Positions 1-16,783 are shown, numbered from the stretch's first letter. The stretch: DNA of 64,000 nt from the human T2T-CHM13v2.0 reference genome, Homo sapiens (GCF_009914755.1 NC_060939.1), one strand, 5' to 3'. Program-made: numbers and translations. Notes: generated from the letters alone by a model not told the origin.

Positions 1-46
1 CCAGCCTGGGTGACAGAGTGAGACTCCATCTCAAAAAAAAAAAAAA
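1..46 (+). mobile_element. Alu 3' end and A tail (cut by the window edge)
   Basis: ccagcctgggtgacagagtgagactccatctc(A)n. Confidence 0.9.
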
Positions 47-392
47 TAGCAGCCCTTTGTTGGTATATGCACTTAGCATAGAACAGATAAAGTAAATAAG
101 ATGAACATATTTTATCTCTAACTTTGGACTTGTAGGAAAATAGAATCCTCAAGGCTGTTTTAGTTCTAGTGAAAACCACTGTCCTTTAAGGTTGTCCTTT
201 ATTTCTTCATTCTGATGGTAAAGCCCAGCAGTGGAATTTCAGAGTCCCTGCCAGCCCCACGCTAGGGCAGCGCCTGGTGCTTTTACTCTGCTGTTATGAT
301 AAAGAAACAGAAACAGCCACATTATTACAGAAAAAGGCACATTATTTATGCTTTCTTAATCCTTGCAGGAGTCACTGCTTAGTTTTCTGTGT

Positions 393-625
393 TTAATGCT
401 TCCTTTTGCAGACTGGAGGCTGTGTCCACTGGGGCATCCCCGGGACTCTGCGTGGAGGTGGATGAAATGGGTACTTTGGGGCAGTCTGTAGATGAGTGGC
501 TCTCAGTTCAGTGGTGGTGTGATAGGAATCCCACCCCTTCCCCTTCAACTCCATGATGGTGGCACTCATCTCTCCCACACCCTCTGGGATGCAGTGCTGC
601 TTTTGGTTTAATAGCTTCTGCACCA
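393..625 (-). mobile_element. ERVL/HERV-L-like internal pol fragment
   Basis: LNQKQHCIPEGVGEMSATIMELK resembles the ERVL RT start (VNQKQYRIPGGIAEISATIKDLK). Confidence 0.6.
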
Positions 626-650
626 GAAGGGTGTGACATCTTTCACTAGC

Positions 651-853
651 CAAGTGGTTCTCAACTGGGGGCATCTGGCATCATCTGGAGACATTTTTGG
701 TTGTCAGTACTGGAGGTGGTGAAGCTAATGGCATCTAGTGACTAGAGGCCAGGGACAGGGCACTGCTGAGCATCCTATAATTTACAGGACAGCCCCTGAC
801 AACAAAGAATTACCTAGCCTAAATGTCAATAGTGCTGAAGCTGAAAAACCCTG
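651..853 (+). mobile_element. MER20 (hAT-Charlie MITE)
   Basis: agtggttctcaactggggg...ggagacatttttggttgtca...aaatgtcaatagtgctgaagctgaaaaaccctg. Confidence 0.85.
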
Positions 854-1012
854 CTATTGATGGTGTCTAAGCTGCTAGAGTCAGAGGGCCCACATGGTCC
901 TGGATTTAATTTAGACCTCCAAGCCCACCTTGCAGACATCCAGAGTTGAACTGAATTCACTCCAATGTTATCCTAGAATAGAGATGCTGCTGGACCATTC
1001 TGTACACTAGAG

Positions 1013-1347
1013 AAGGGGTCTGCAACCCCCAGGCCATAGACCGATAACTGTCCATTGCCTGTTAGGAACTGGGCCACACAGCAGAAGGTGAGCAGTGTGC
1101 CAGAGAGCATGACCGCCTGAGCTTTGCCTCCTGTCAGATCAGCAGTGGCATTAGATTCTCATAGGAGTGTGAACCCTATTGTGAACTGCGCATGCGAGGG
1201 ATCTAGGTTGCGTATTCCTTATGAGAATCTATTGCCTGATGATATGAAGTGGAACAGTTTCATCCCGAAACACCTCCCTCAACCCCAGTCCATGGAAAAA
1301 TTCTCTTCCATGAAACCACTCCTTGGTGCCAAAAGCGTTGACTGCTG
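1013..1347 (+). mobile_element. MER1B (hAT-Charlie)
   Basis: Consensus-like body (gcattagattctcatagga...gagggatctaggttgcg); 8-bp TSD cactagag / cgctagag. Confidence 0.88.
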
Positions 1348-1796
1348 CGCTAGAGAACAGCACCAAACTTTGGCATATACATTTGCACCACGTCTTGGTA
1401 CACAAAATCTGATGTTTTACCTGGAGCCTTTGATAATGACATTTTAAAGAAATACCATTATTTAATCTAAATCATCACTAGAATAAAAAATTGAGAATTG
1501 CTTCATGTTGACTAGGCAATACTTTTCTGAAAGTTTTCCTGGTATTTGAAGCACTCATGACCAGGGTAAACCCCAACCTACTGTGCAGCCGAGGAAGGAA
1601 GCACTTGTATGGAGCCAAACCATGTGTGGAACCATTTGGAGATGTACATTCATTTACTCCTGTGTATCCCTGGGTGAGCTCTCAGCCCCAGAGCAGTTAA
1701 GTAATGCTCCAGTGTTTAAAATAGTGAATGTCATTTCTCTTTATTTTAGATGAAAATAATTTGTAAAATCTGACATCCAAATGCTTAAAAAGCTAA

Positions 1797-2060
<264 letters not shown>

Positions 2061-2334
2061 TAAGATGATGTTAGCTCACTATAATGTCTATATGTGTATT
2101 TCACAATTTAGTAAAAGGTTTTGTTATTTTTTTCCAGCCAAAGTAGAAACATTAAGTCCACAGCCAAAACAGTTTTTAATCTTTTTTTGCCCCACTTGTA
2201 TACATTTCTATGACTATAGGGAAAATGTAGAAGTGTGCTGAGATTATGGTTGCCAAAATCCAAGGAATTTTGAGTTAGAACTACAAAAACTTTCTCTGGT
2301 TTATGTTTCCAAGTACCTTTGGAAGGGAGTATTT

Positions 2335-2635
<301 letters not shown>

Positions 2636-2877
2636 GTATTTTTTTTGACACAGACATATTAACAAACTTGACTTAGGAATATGTTGTTGGCATGAACAAG
2701 ACTGAATGTGAATATTTTCTTATTAGTAACACTTTAGGTAAAGCTATTAATAACTTGTATATTGTATATCATACATATGATAATTAGATATACAGATGAT
2801 AAATTAGAAATTTTCACTAATTTATATTGGCACACGGATTTAGTGAAAATTTGGTTTGTCCAATAAAAGTAGATTTT

Positions 2878-3710
2878 GAACTAAAAGTAGAACTACCATG
2901 TGATCCAGCAATCCCACTACTGGGTAATATCCAAAGGAAAAGAAATAGGTATATTGAAGAGATATTTGTACTCCCATGTCTATTGCAGTCTATTCACAAT
3001 AGCCAAGATAGGGAGTCAACCTAAGTGTCCATCAGTGGATGAATGGATAAAGAAAATGTGGTACATATACACAATGGAGTACTGTTCAGCCATAAAAAAG
3101 AATGAAATTCTCCATGGTGGCAACATGGCTGAGCTCAGAGGACATTATGTTATGTGAAATAAGCCAGGCACAGAAAGACAAATACTGCATGTTCTCACTC
3201 ATATGTGGGAGGTAAAAAAGTGGATCTCACAGAAGTAGAGAGTAGAATAGTGGTTACCAGAGGCTGGGAGGGGAAGGGGGATAGGGAAAGGTTGGTTAAC
3301 AGATACAAAAGTGCAGCTAGGTAGAAGGAATAAGTTCTGTTGTTCTGTAGCAGTGTAGGATGACTATAATTAACAACAGTTTATTATATATTTTTAAATA
3401 GAAGAATGGATTTAGAATATTCCCCACACAAAGAAATGATAAATGTTTGAGGTGATGCCTGGTATGGCAACACATGTCTATATTTCTAACTACTCGGGAG
3501 GCTGGGGCAGGAGGGTCACTTGAGTCCAGAAATTCGGGACTAGCCTGGGCAACATAATGAGACCCCATCTCTAAAACATTTTCAAAAAAGTTTGAGGTGC
3601 TGGATATGCTAATTACCCTAATTTGATCATTATACATTGTATACATGCATTGAAATATCACACTGTGCCACATAAATATGTGCAATTTTATGTTAATTAA
3701 AAATAATAAT
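2878..3710 (+). mobile_element. L1 (L1MA-like) 3' end, interrupted by an Alu monomer at about 3456-3575
   Basis: ORF2 C-terminus-like WIKKMWYIYTMEYCSAIKKNE and L1 3'UTR motifs. Confidence 0.88.
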
Positions 3711-4657
3711 AGATGCCAAACAAATAATGGGATTACAGTATTAAAAAGCAGGTTTTGATAAGAAAGAATAGTGTAGGTCTTAGGAAAAAAAATTTGGATT
3801 TCCTTAAAAAAAACATCTTTGGTAAGAAAAATTAATTTGGATTTCCTAAAATGTCACTTTTGATTCTTGATTTGGATTTCTGACTCAAATTTAACCAAAA
3901 TTGATTGTGATATTTGCTTTTAGGAAAGTCCTGTGTTTCTAGGAAAGCCAGGTGCTTTAAGAAGTAAGTTATTGAAATTTTTGAATCACAGCAGTGTCAG
4001 TATAATCTGATTTTGGCCCATTTTACCTTAGCTGTCAGGAAGCTCAGTATCTTATTTGTGTTCAATGGGAATAACTTTTTTAGTTAAAATCTCTAATAAG
4101 ACTGTTTATTCTTACCCTGTTTTCAGTTGTCTCATATCTTTTTTACCTTTTTTGTTTTTACTGGCTTTACGCTTTTCTGGCTTGTGAGAACGTATACTCT
4201 GAAGCCAAGTTCCAGTTTCTATACCAATGAACTGTGAACCCACCCTGTGCCTCAGTTTCCTCATCTGTCAAATGGGGAGAATAATAGTATATTCTTACAG
4301 ACATGTGTGGGGTGCATGGGAAGTGCTTAAAGCCTGGGCTATGGGGAATGCCTACTACATGTTCATTATTATTTTAATTGTCATTCTTACTGTTATACCC
4401 AAGTTCTATGACAAAACCATGGTTGACAAGTTCAAAAGGCATCTCATATTCTTTCTAGAAAGTAAGTGTGCTGTAAATAATAAAAATAATGAAAACTCCC
4501 TTGGTTAAGCAGAGGGCCTTAAGATGTAAATGAAACTGGATTTAATTGACTTCTGGAAAGGTAATAGTATTCAATATCTGGTAATGTGATACCTGGCCAG
4601 GAAACCCTTGTTGTCTACCTCTGTACTTGAGATAATTTATCCTTTTAAAATGTTTCT

Positions 4658-5400
4658 TATTCATTCAGTACAAATGAGTGTTGAGTACCTTTTATGTGAC
4701 TTGGTTAGGGGTTGTAGCAGTGAACAAGAGAGGGCCTCAGCCATCATGGGGCTATGTTTCCTGGGGAGATAGAAATTAACCACTATTTAAAGTGTGTGAG
4801 AAGTGCTGTGATAATTGAGGGACAGGCTGGATAAGTTCTTTATAGACAGAGTGGCCCTGGAGAGGTGACATTTGAAGTGGGACTTGAGGATGAGAATGAG
4901 GTAGCTGTGTCAGGGTCTGGGTGCCTGCGTCCCGGCCGCGAGATAGCATGTGCACAGGCCCTGAGGCAGGAAAGAGCTTGCTGAGTTGGAGGAACTCAGG
5001 AGACCCCTGGCTAAGATGTGGGGGTGGACAGGACTGGGTTGTTGGTAGCGGCAGTGGAGAGAAGTGAATGTGTATGAGGCAGTTTGGAAGCAGTAAAGAC
5101 AAGACTTGATTCTGATGTGGGCGAGAAGGTGAGGAGTGGATCAAGGATGGCTCTGGTGTTTTGCCTTGGGGTGGGGCGCCATCCAGTGAAGGGGATTGGG
5201 AGAGGTGTTGGTGCTGGAGGCGTCAGTGTGTGGGGTGCTCTTCAGCCGTTTGGTTGAAGCTGTTGTGTGTGGCATTGGACTTGCGGTCAGGAGCTCAGGG
5301 AATGGGTCTGGCCTGGAAAAAGTCAACATTTTGAGAGTCACTGGCATATGGACAATGTTTGAAGCCATGGAACTGAATGAGCAGCATATTATAAAAGAAT
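4658..5400 (-). mobile_element. L2 fragment
   Basis: ttcattca...ttgagtacc (reverse L2 3' end) and L2-like body; approximate. Confidence 0.6.
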
Positions 5401-6070
5401 GAGATCTAAGAATTTGTGATCAAACTTTTACATTTGGAGGCAATTTCTTTACTCTTACTTTACAGTGTTTGTACATAATGATATTATGTACTTCATGCTT
5501 TTCTTTTAGATGTGAGACCAAAATACAATGAACATGTACTCAAAGTGTTAACAGAATTTGTTGGTCAAATGTCTTTGTTTTTTGGTAGCTAAAGGAGCGA
5601 TGAAAAATTGTCTTTCTTAAGCTAAGTTGTGTTGTAACATTTCAGCGTTGCCATCTCCCAAAGAGCATCCCTTAGTTATTTTGAAATATTCCAGGTAATC
5701 TTCTTAGCTTGGGCAGCATCCCTCTGGCTAGCTCTGATTGTAAATGATTAAATTATCAGATCTACATCTGACTATAATTCTGATGTCACTTACATGTTTG
5801 CTGTCATATTGTTGAATGAGTGAATGGATGAATGAATGGATGAGTGCCAAAATCAGGAATGATGAGCTGATCCATATCACATTTATAGAATGGAACATGT
5901 TATGTGATAATACAGCATAAATGTTTTTATCTTTCTAGTTGGGCTTTCTTATCAGTTCTGGGCCACTCCAGTGATTTGGTTAAGATAAATTATTATTAGA
6001 ATAAAATTTAAGTGGCCCTCATATTTTAAAAAACACACTTTTACCTTTCAGAGTGAGATCTAGTGGCTAG

Positions 6071-6265
<195 letters not shown>

Positions 6266-7067
6266 TGAGAGTTTTTCTAGGTACCTGCCAAAATTTATAC
6301 ATTGACCAAGTTGTTCCCAACACTTACAGTAATTTTCTTCATGAAGAATATACTCCTTTTTCTCTGTGGTTAAACCAGCTGTGGAATTGAATTTTGTGCG
6401 TGCTTTGCCTAGAATGAAAGTGCTGTGTGAAATAGAAGGAAATGTCTGAAGGTTTAAAGTGAATTTGATATAACTCAGATCCCTGGGCAACACACATGCC
6501 AACCCCATACTTGACTTGTCGCATGCCAACTGTAGGAGTGTTGGCCTCCCTGAGTACTGGTGAGCTGAACTGAAACGTGAGGGAAGCCAGCAGCAGGACG
6601 GATGTGGGAAGCATGGTAGGTGGGTTCTTCTGAGGGAAATTCAAGTAGGTGTTAAAAACTCTGCAAAAGACAGCTCAAGCGAACTTTCCAGGTACACAGC
6701 ACATGATCTTTTATTTTGTTGAAAATGGTAAACATCTTCAATATTTGTTAAGACATTTTTTCCTTTGTTGTTACATAGTGATGAGAAAAATTAGTATTTT
6801 CAGATGCCACTTTGAAAAAATCATTTAGGATATACAGTTGACCCTTGAATGATGCAGGGGTTGGGGTACCGACCCCTCAGACAGTCAAGAATCTGTGTGT
6901 AACATCTGACTTCCCCACTACTTAATTAATAGCTTACTGTTGACTGGAAGCCCTACCGATTACATAGTCAATTAACACACATTGGATATGTTATATGCAT
7001 TATATGCTGTATTCTTACAATAAAGTAAGCTAGGGAAAAGAATATGTTATTAAGGAAAATCATAAGG

Positions 7068-7705
<638 letters not shown>

Positions 7706-7952
7706 TTACTGTTCGTTAAGTGGAAGTGGATCATCATGAAGGTCTTCATCCTTGTTGTCTTTACAGCAAATAGGCTGAGGACGAGGAGAGAGAGGAGGGC
7801 TTGGTCTTGCTGTCTCAGGGGTGGCAGAAGCAGAAGAAAATCCACATATAAGTGGACGTGTGCAGTTTAAACCCATGTTGTCCAGGGGTCAGCTGTATAT
7901 TTATAGAGAAATAATATTGACTTAAAAATCACAAGAAGTTAGATTACTATAA

Positions 7953-8287
7953 ACAGAGGTTGATAAACTTCTGTAAAAGGTCACATAGTGAATATTTTAG
8001 GCTTTGCAGGCCATATGGTTTCTGTGGCACCAACTTTACTCTGCTGTTTTAGTGCAAAAGCAGCCACAAGAAGTACGTATGCAAATGAATGAGCCTGGCT
8101 GTGTTCCAGTTAACTTCATTTGTGGACATTGAAATTTCAGTTTCATACAATTTTCGCATACCAAAGTGTATTATTCTCTTTATTTATTAACAATTTAAAA
8201 ACATAAAAACCATTCTTAGTTTGCAGGACATAGAAAATCAGGTGGCAGACCCTGGGTTTGGCTGTGGGCCGGAGTTTGCTGACCTTG
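7953..8287 (+). mobile_element. MER58-type hAT element
   Basis: cagaggttgataaactt...aatattttaggctttgcaggccata...agtttgctgaccttg. Confidence 0.78.
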
Positions 8288-8487
8288 GTTTAGAATGATG
8301 AGTTCTCATCTTACTCCACTGTCTGAGTGACCTAGGACGTGGTAGCTGGCTGTGAGAATGTAGGTTTGTGGTGTAGAAAATTGTACACAACTGAAAGTAT
8401 TTAGAATATACCTTTTTAAAAGATAGGAATTCAGTCTGCTTTGTCACTTCTTATTATTGTCTTATAATAAATTAACCAAATTATTAA

Positions 8488-8655
<168 letters not shown>

Positions 8656-8750
8656 TGATGTGATGGCGTTAAACATGTGAAGGGACAGCTGTCGGGCTCT
8701 CAGCATTTCCTGCTTATTTGGTTAGCACACAGTAATATAATGGAGGCATA

Positions 8751-9074
8751 TTTGTTTTGTTTTGTCTTTTTGAGACAGGGTCTCACTCCATCACCTAGGC
8801 TGGGGTGCAGTGGCAGGGTTCAGCTTACTGCAGCCTCTGCCTCCCGGGCTCAAGTCATCCTCTCACCTCAGCCTCCTGAGTAGCTGGGACTACAGGCGTG
8901 CGCCACCATGCCTAGCTAATTTTTGTATTTTTAGTAGAGGTGAGATTTCACCATGTTGCTCAGGCTGATCTCGAACTCCTGGGCTCAAGTGATTTGCCCA
9001 CCTTGGCCTCTGATGCTTTGACGGTGGGGGCCTAAAGTGTTGGGATTACAGGTGTGAGCCACTGTGCCTGGCCA
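8751..9074 (-). mobile_element. Alu (J-type) with internal ~20-nt insertion
   Basis: Antisense Alu consensus. Confidence 0.9.
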
Positions 9075-10203
9075 ACGAGGGCATAGTTAATGTAGGCAGC
9101 CCGCTGTCTCTTGGATTAGTAGAGAGAAGATAGGTGAAGATGGACAGCTGTTCTGTTTGCCTGTGTGTTGATGAATCTGTGTCCCAGGATGGCCTGGGGG
9201 TGGCGGCCACCATCCTGGAGGGTGCCCCACAGGTCTGCAGCCTGAGCCTGAGTCTCTTTCAGAACTCCTTGTGAGACTTGGCAGGTCCCCAGAAATCTCT
9301 GAGGGACCTTTTGCTTCCTTTTGCTTCCCTGTCAGCTGTCATGGATTGTCTGGAGACAATTTATAATCACAAATCAGAAATTTGTCGTATCCTAAACTTT
9401 GTGAAATTGCTAGATTTCACTTTTGTTGTGTTTGATATTTCTATATTGAAAATGTTATCTCCAGACCAGGCATGGTCAAAAATATATATATACAAAACAA
9501 GAAGAAAAGAAAATGGGATCTTACAAAGAGGATGTGCTAAGCTGGTTTCTTGGCCTGGGGTCTGTGAATCCCAGGGGAGTGATGGGTGGGCTTTGGGGAA
9601 ATCTGTGAATCTCAAACTTGCATGTGTATGGGGATTTATGCATTTTTCTGGGGTAAATCATTCCATATTACAAAGACATCCATGAGCCACAGAAGATTAA
9701 CAAACAGAATGACCGAACAGTCTGTACATAATCTAGACCAGAGAATGTTCCTGTTGAGGTAGGGTGTTTGTATGAGGACACCCCTCATTACTTTCCTGCC
9801 CACCCCAAATCCCTCTTGCAGTTGGTCCTGTGACCTGCTGTGTTCCCAGAAGTATGTGGGTTTGCCAACTGTGACCAGTGCTCAGCTGCCTGGAACTTGA
9901 CCCTGTGCGACTCTGCACTGGTTGACTGGTTTGCAGATAACACTCTGCAGCACTCACAGATGTCTGTACCCCAGTGCCAGCTGGCAGGGACCGGGTGAAG
10001 AGTGAGGATGCCTTAGGGAACTCATGCCCACTCCAGAAGGCACCTCAAAGTCCCTGTCCTGTCAGTTCGGGGTCCTTGGCCTCATTGTAGAATGGAAAGA
10101 TACGCATTATAAATAGGCTTTACCAATCCTATGGGCTTGTAAATATCATTGCAGCTGGATTTTTTGTGAATCTAATGAGGTTTCTTTGTTATTGTTGCAA
10201 TAG

Positions 10204-10392
<189 letters not shown>

Positions 10393-11789
10393 TAATGCCT
10401 TAAAATTTACATGTGATTAGAACATGTATTTCTTTTGTTAACATTCTTCTTTTGTCTGTGTTCTTCCAACCCCAAAAGAATACCAGGGATGCCAGCACAG
10501 CATGAGCATAGAGACTGGAAGCTTTTGTCTTCTCTTTGCTGATTGGCGAGATGGGCTTACTGTGGACTCTGTGCTGGCATTTAGGAATCAGGATCTAGGA
10601 ATTAAGGGAAAGGGAGAGTCAGATGACTCAGCCGTCAGCAAGTCAGCAAGTGCCTTCAAGGAAGGTGTTTGTTTTGGAAATGGTGACTTTGTTGATTTGT
10701 AGCACAGGGTCTCTAGGTAGAAAGATTGGCGAGAAAGCGTTCCTTTCCCTATCTTACTGCAGGTCCTTTATGCGTGACTCTGTACTTCTGTGAGGTGTTT
10801 TGCTCTGCCATTTGGAAGCGTTGTTTGACCTTGAGCAGGCACCAGTGCTCCCTGTGGTGGCGATCTAGGGGCACTTGGAAGCACAGGGATTCTGTGGCCA
10901 CCACAGCCAGGCGGGTGAGGCCGCAGAGCCTGTGCCTGTGGGCTAGGCAGCAACAGTGGTTCTTTGTGTGGCCGCCAGCAGGCCCCTCCCTGTCTCTATT
11001 CCAGCCCTGCATTTGAGTTGAATGGAGGGGACTGTGCCTCTGGGAGCTTTTGATTTTTTCAGTGGCCCATTAAGTGAATCAGGGTGATGTAGGGGTGGAA
11101 AAAAACGACCACTGGTTAGGAAATATGACATCTTGTTTTTATTGCCGTAAACTGAAAAAGTGCCTTGTTACCTCACGTATCAGGGAAAGAGCCAGTAAAG
11201 CTATTTCCTCTCATGGAGGAGGGTGTGGGGCTTCCTTACCACTCGGTGTTTACTGAGGCTGAAATAGCAAGAGAAAGCATCTGGTAGCCTAGAACCAAAT
11301 ACAGAAGGAGAAAGCTTGTGTTTCTGTCGCCTTTCTTTCAATGAAATAAAAGTTCAAGAGAGTACAGATTTCCCCTCTGTTCACAGTTCTGCTAGGGGGT
11401 AGACAAGCCACTGAGCTTATTTTTGAGATTTGAGCTAAGCCTAGTTCCTCCTAACCTCTGTTTCCAGAGGTCTTACTGGCCATAGCTCTTGTTATTTCAT
11501 TAGTGTTCTTTGATCTTTACCTCAGTCTCCAGGGAAGGGATCGCCTAGCTGAGTGCTAATTCCTGCAAAGTGCTCTGCAGCCAGCCCCGGCCTGGCCAGG
11601 GCAGAGGTGGAGCCAGCTGGGCCCTCCCTCTCCGAGGCCAGGCTGCCGCTGCCCGGCACCGTCTTCTGCCAGCGAACAGGGTGCCCTTCAGAGTCTCATT
11701 TTCCCATCTTCATTTCCTTCAGCCACTCAACTCTGGATGGCGTGAGCCTTCACTGATTTTCAATTTCTTGGTTTTTATTTTTTCTTTCA

Positions 11790-12540
11790 CTTTTTATGTT
11801 TCTATTGTGGTAAAATAAATTTAACATCCCTAAAATACAGCATTTTAGCCATTTTTAGGTGTACAGTTCAGTGGCATTCATGGTACTCATAGTGTTGTGT
11901 GACCATTGCCTCTCCACTTACCACTCCAAACAGAAACACTGCAGCCATTAGGCAACTACGCCCCGCTTTCCCTTCCCCAAGCCCTGGCGACGACGTCTCA
12001 TCTACTTTTTGTGTCTGTAAATGTGCCTGTTCATTTCATTCATTTCATTGAAGTGGAATCCTACGATATTTGTGGTTTTATGTCTGGTGTATTTTGCTCA
12101 GCATCATGTTTCTGAGCTTCACCCGCATCGTGGCACATGTCAGGACTCCGTTCCTTCTCCAGGCTGAACACACTTCCACTGTAGCATCTGATACCACATT
12201 TTTCTAGCCACTCATTGGTTGATGGACACTGGGTTCCTTCCACCTTTTCGGCCATTTTGAAGAATGCTGCATGAACCTCTGTTTCAGTCCCTGGTTTCAA
12301 TTCTTTTGGGAATACCTGAGAGTGGAACTGCTGGGTCCTGTGGTGATTCTGTGTTGAGCTTTTTGAGGAGTGGCTGAACTGTTTTTCACAGTGTTTACAC
12401 CAGTGTCACATTCCCACCAGCAATGCGTGAGGTTTCTGGTTTCTCTACCTCCTTGTCAATGCTTATTTTCCATGTTTCTGATTATAGCCATCCTAGTGTG
12501 AAGTGGTATCTCCTTGTGGCTTTCTGTGTTTGTTTATTTG
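11790..12540 (-). mobile_element. Old L1M 3' fragment
   Basis: Antisense L1 motifs (gatggacactgggtt..., acattcccaccagcaatg..., tagccatcctagtg). Confidence 0.8.
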
Positions 12541-12957
12541 TCTGACTCTGAATCGCCTTGGGAAATACTTGTAATTCCTCCAAACCTTTGGCTCCTGTCC
12601 CTGTAAATAAGGAATCTGAAGCAGCTCCATGGTTCTTGACTGCATATGAGATTGACCTGGCGCTTTGATGTGGCCCCCATGCGTGGGCTCCTGCTCTGGA
12701 GGTTCTCATTGTGTGGATCCGGGGTGGGACACATGTTTTCCTACAAAGCTGCCTAGGTGATGTCCTGAGAACCACTGAGCTAAGTTTTCCTGTAAAGTCA
12801 GGTACCCCTGAGGTTCACACCCTTTGTGAGGGGCAGCTGCTGGGATCCACTGTCCACCTGGATTACAGCCCGGTCACGCTCCAGCACGTTGACTGTGAAG
12901 GCTCTGGTTGCCAGATGCATTGAAATCCTCAGAATAAGATCTAAGGAAACAGCCTAA

Positions 12958-13371
<414 letters not shown>

Positions 13372-13649
13372 TAATCTAAAACTCGTTTTGGACGGCTGTG
13401 TGGCCATTGCTCCCAGTCTCCCCCTAACGCCCTCCTCCCTGAGGAGACTGGGTTGCTTGGTGTGGTCACACCCTGGGTTGAGTGACAGATCTCCTGAATG
13501 GGGCCTCTCAGCATCTGCCCCGGTTTCATTTACTCACTGGGGACCTGTAGAGCAGTTCTGGTGGTTGAGGCTCTCCCAGGGCCGGACCAGCGAACTGTCA
13601 CATCCCCGCAGTTCTGCGTGTGTGAGCCCCACGCTGTGTGCTCTACTAA

Positions 13650-13913
<264 letters not shown>

Positions 13914-14999
13914 TGAGCAGGCTTTCTCTCGTGGCACCCAGCCCCGGGTGGACGAGCAGCAGCACTGGATGGGCTGTCAGCAGTGGGCTGCTGTCCTCTC
14001 TCTGTCCTCTGCTCACAGTGGAAGATGCTGTGGGCTGGGGGATGTCTTCCTATTCTTCCCCTTATCAATGATAAGGAGTAGGTCAGGGGTAGTTGTCCCA
14101 CAGGGCCTGGCTCTGATCTTTTTTCTTTTATAAAAACTTATAAAAGTTATGGAAGGTACTGCACAAGCCTTTGTACAGAAGTCAGGGGGACAGTGTGCTC
14201 AACCCCACGGACACCCACTTCCATTCAGTGTTCCTTCTGTTCTCTCCTGCCCCTTCCCTGGGATTTTAGAAGCTGGCCCCAGATATCCTCTCAGGGGCCC
14301 TGCGGCCCATGCTAGTCGCTTTCGGGAACAGCCACTGAGCCTTCCGCCCTTGGGCCTGGCAGGACTCTCCCTGTGCCCGGGCTGCAGGGTTACCAGTGTT
14401 AAAAACACTGATATTTTCAGATGTGTGAAAATCAGGACATGATTTCAGTATTCCCCGAGTGTTCGGAAGATTAACAAGTACTATAGAAAGACAACCACAA
14501 GATAGGAGTTTACAAAGCCCAGGTTCTTTCTGATGAGTGTTGAGATTCATCTACATAATATCTTTATTACTTACAGGGAAGGGTGATGTTATTGGGGAAG
14601 ACGTGCAAATGCCAGTGAAGACAGAGAGATACAGTAGGCCTGAAATGGTTAGAAATAGAAGAATAGAATGCACATTCAAGGCCCCGAGAGACGTGGAAAC
14701 TGGACACTCGCTGGAGGAGGAAGCAGGCTGGGACGTGGGAGCGCTGAAATGCTTTCAGTTGAGCCATGAGCCTGAAAAACACACGATTCCTTTCCCAGAG
14801 TAGAAACTATTTTTCCCTGATTAAAATCGATGCCGTGAAACTGGGCTGAACTCTGGCTGCCAGGCTTTATGCCACAGGGAATTTTGTGTCAGAGCGATCT
14901 CAACCTCTTCTGGGAGGTGATTTCTGAAGTACTGCACCAAAAATGATTTCACTTATAACACAAATGCACAGCATGGACCACTTAGGAGTTAAGGAACGA

Positions 15000-15199
15000 A
15001 CCAGGCACGGTAGCTTACACTTGTAATCCCAGCACTTGGGGAGGCTGAGACAGGAGGATCACTTGAACTCTGAAGACGGAGGTGGGAGGATCTCTTGACC
15101 CCAGGAGGTCAAGGCTGCAGTGAGCCAAGATTGTGCCACTGCACTCCAGTCTGGGTGACAGAGTGAGACCCTGTCTCAAAACAAAACAAACAAAAAAAA
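15000..15199 (+). mobile_element. Alu (J-type, internally deleted)
   Basis: Alu left start joined to right arm and tail. Confidence 0.85.
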
Positions 15200-16471
15200 G
15201 GAGTTCAGAAATGATCTGGCCTTTATATTCCTGCCTGATCGTCAGTGTATTCACCAGGACGGAACACTGACTGGAAATCAGGTCCTAGCTCCACTCCTGG
15301 CTGGGAAAGAGCATGAAGTGTTCTAGGAAGAAAAGTCCTCCTGGAAGACTTGGCAACAGCCAGGAGTCCTGAGTGAACCGCTGTCCTTTTGAATCCCTGA
15401 GACGGGCTGCAGGGATGAGGGGCTAGAACTGACAGGAAGACAGGACAGAGAGCAGCACAGCCTCAGAAGTGCAGGACAGAGGTGACCCAGGCAGGCATGA
15501 CGGGCTGTGGCTGCCTGCCCTCTGCTCTCACAGCGCCCCTGATCCCACTCACTGTGGTCCCACGCAGATGGGTTGGGGCCTGTAAATGTCAGGTGGGACC
15601 AGCCAGAGGAGCTTTGCTGCCAGTACTGGCATGTCAGGATGGGGGTCTGGTGGTCAGCACCTCCTCTGGCCAGTGGTCTTGTGGGGAGAGGCATCCATGT
15701 GGCCTCCTCCTCTGTCGGGAGGGCTGATGTGCAGAGAAGTACGGACTTGGAGGGCAGCTGGATGAGCTGGGGCTTGCTCAGGGACACAGGTCTGTGTGTT
15801 GTGCCAAGGCTGACCCCCTCATCCCACACCAGACCCTGCCTCTGACTCTGTGACCTCAGCACCTGACTTCTGTCTCTCAGGTCATCTCCCAGTCAGTAAA
15901 ACATTTGTGTGACGTGAGGAGGGGCACTGAAGTGGGTGATCTTTAAGGCCAGATGTCTCTGTAAAAGCCTTGACTATCGGAAGCACTGGGCTAGGGCAGT
16001 GTAGTACCCAGGGGGATGAGGTGCATCAGAGCAGCACCTGCTGAGGCCAAGAACGGAGGTGGCTGCTGCCGGCCTCCGGGAGGTCCCCTTAGGGAAGCAT
16101 TTCTTCAGGGGTGGCCCAGGGACCTCCGGCATCAGGGCCTGCATGGGGATTCTGTGCCAGCCCAGCCCTGCTAAGTCCCAGCCTTGGGAACCTGAGGAGG
16201 GTATCTGCCTATTTTTCTTTTAAACATGTTTCTTAGGTTATTCACTAAAGTTTGAGAACCACTGCTTTGTGGCTTTGAAATGTTCATTTGAATTTTTCTA
16301 TGATTACTAAGATTTTTGCCCTTAAGGCTCTGTATATAAACAACATACTGTATAAAATAAACTGGGAATGGCGTGAAAACAGCATTTGCTTCTGAATCTA
16401 AAATATTTCTATTATTTTCTTGAAATTGAGTGTGCAGTAGGTTATGGTGGTGTTTTGGAAGAAACAGATAA

Positions 16472-16783
<312 letters not shown>

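Noticed and set aside
2827-3157. ORFs with WIKKMWYIYTMEY
   Set aside because: Decayed L1 ORF2 C-terminus, not a host gene.
15323-15862. 179-aa minus-strand ORF in FAN1 intron 10
   Set aside because: GC-rich intron, no domain resemblance, no ATG or splice support; overlapping ORFs in other frames point to chance.
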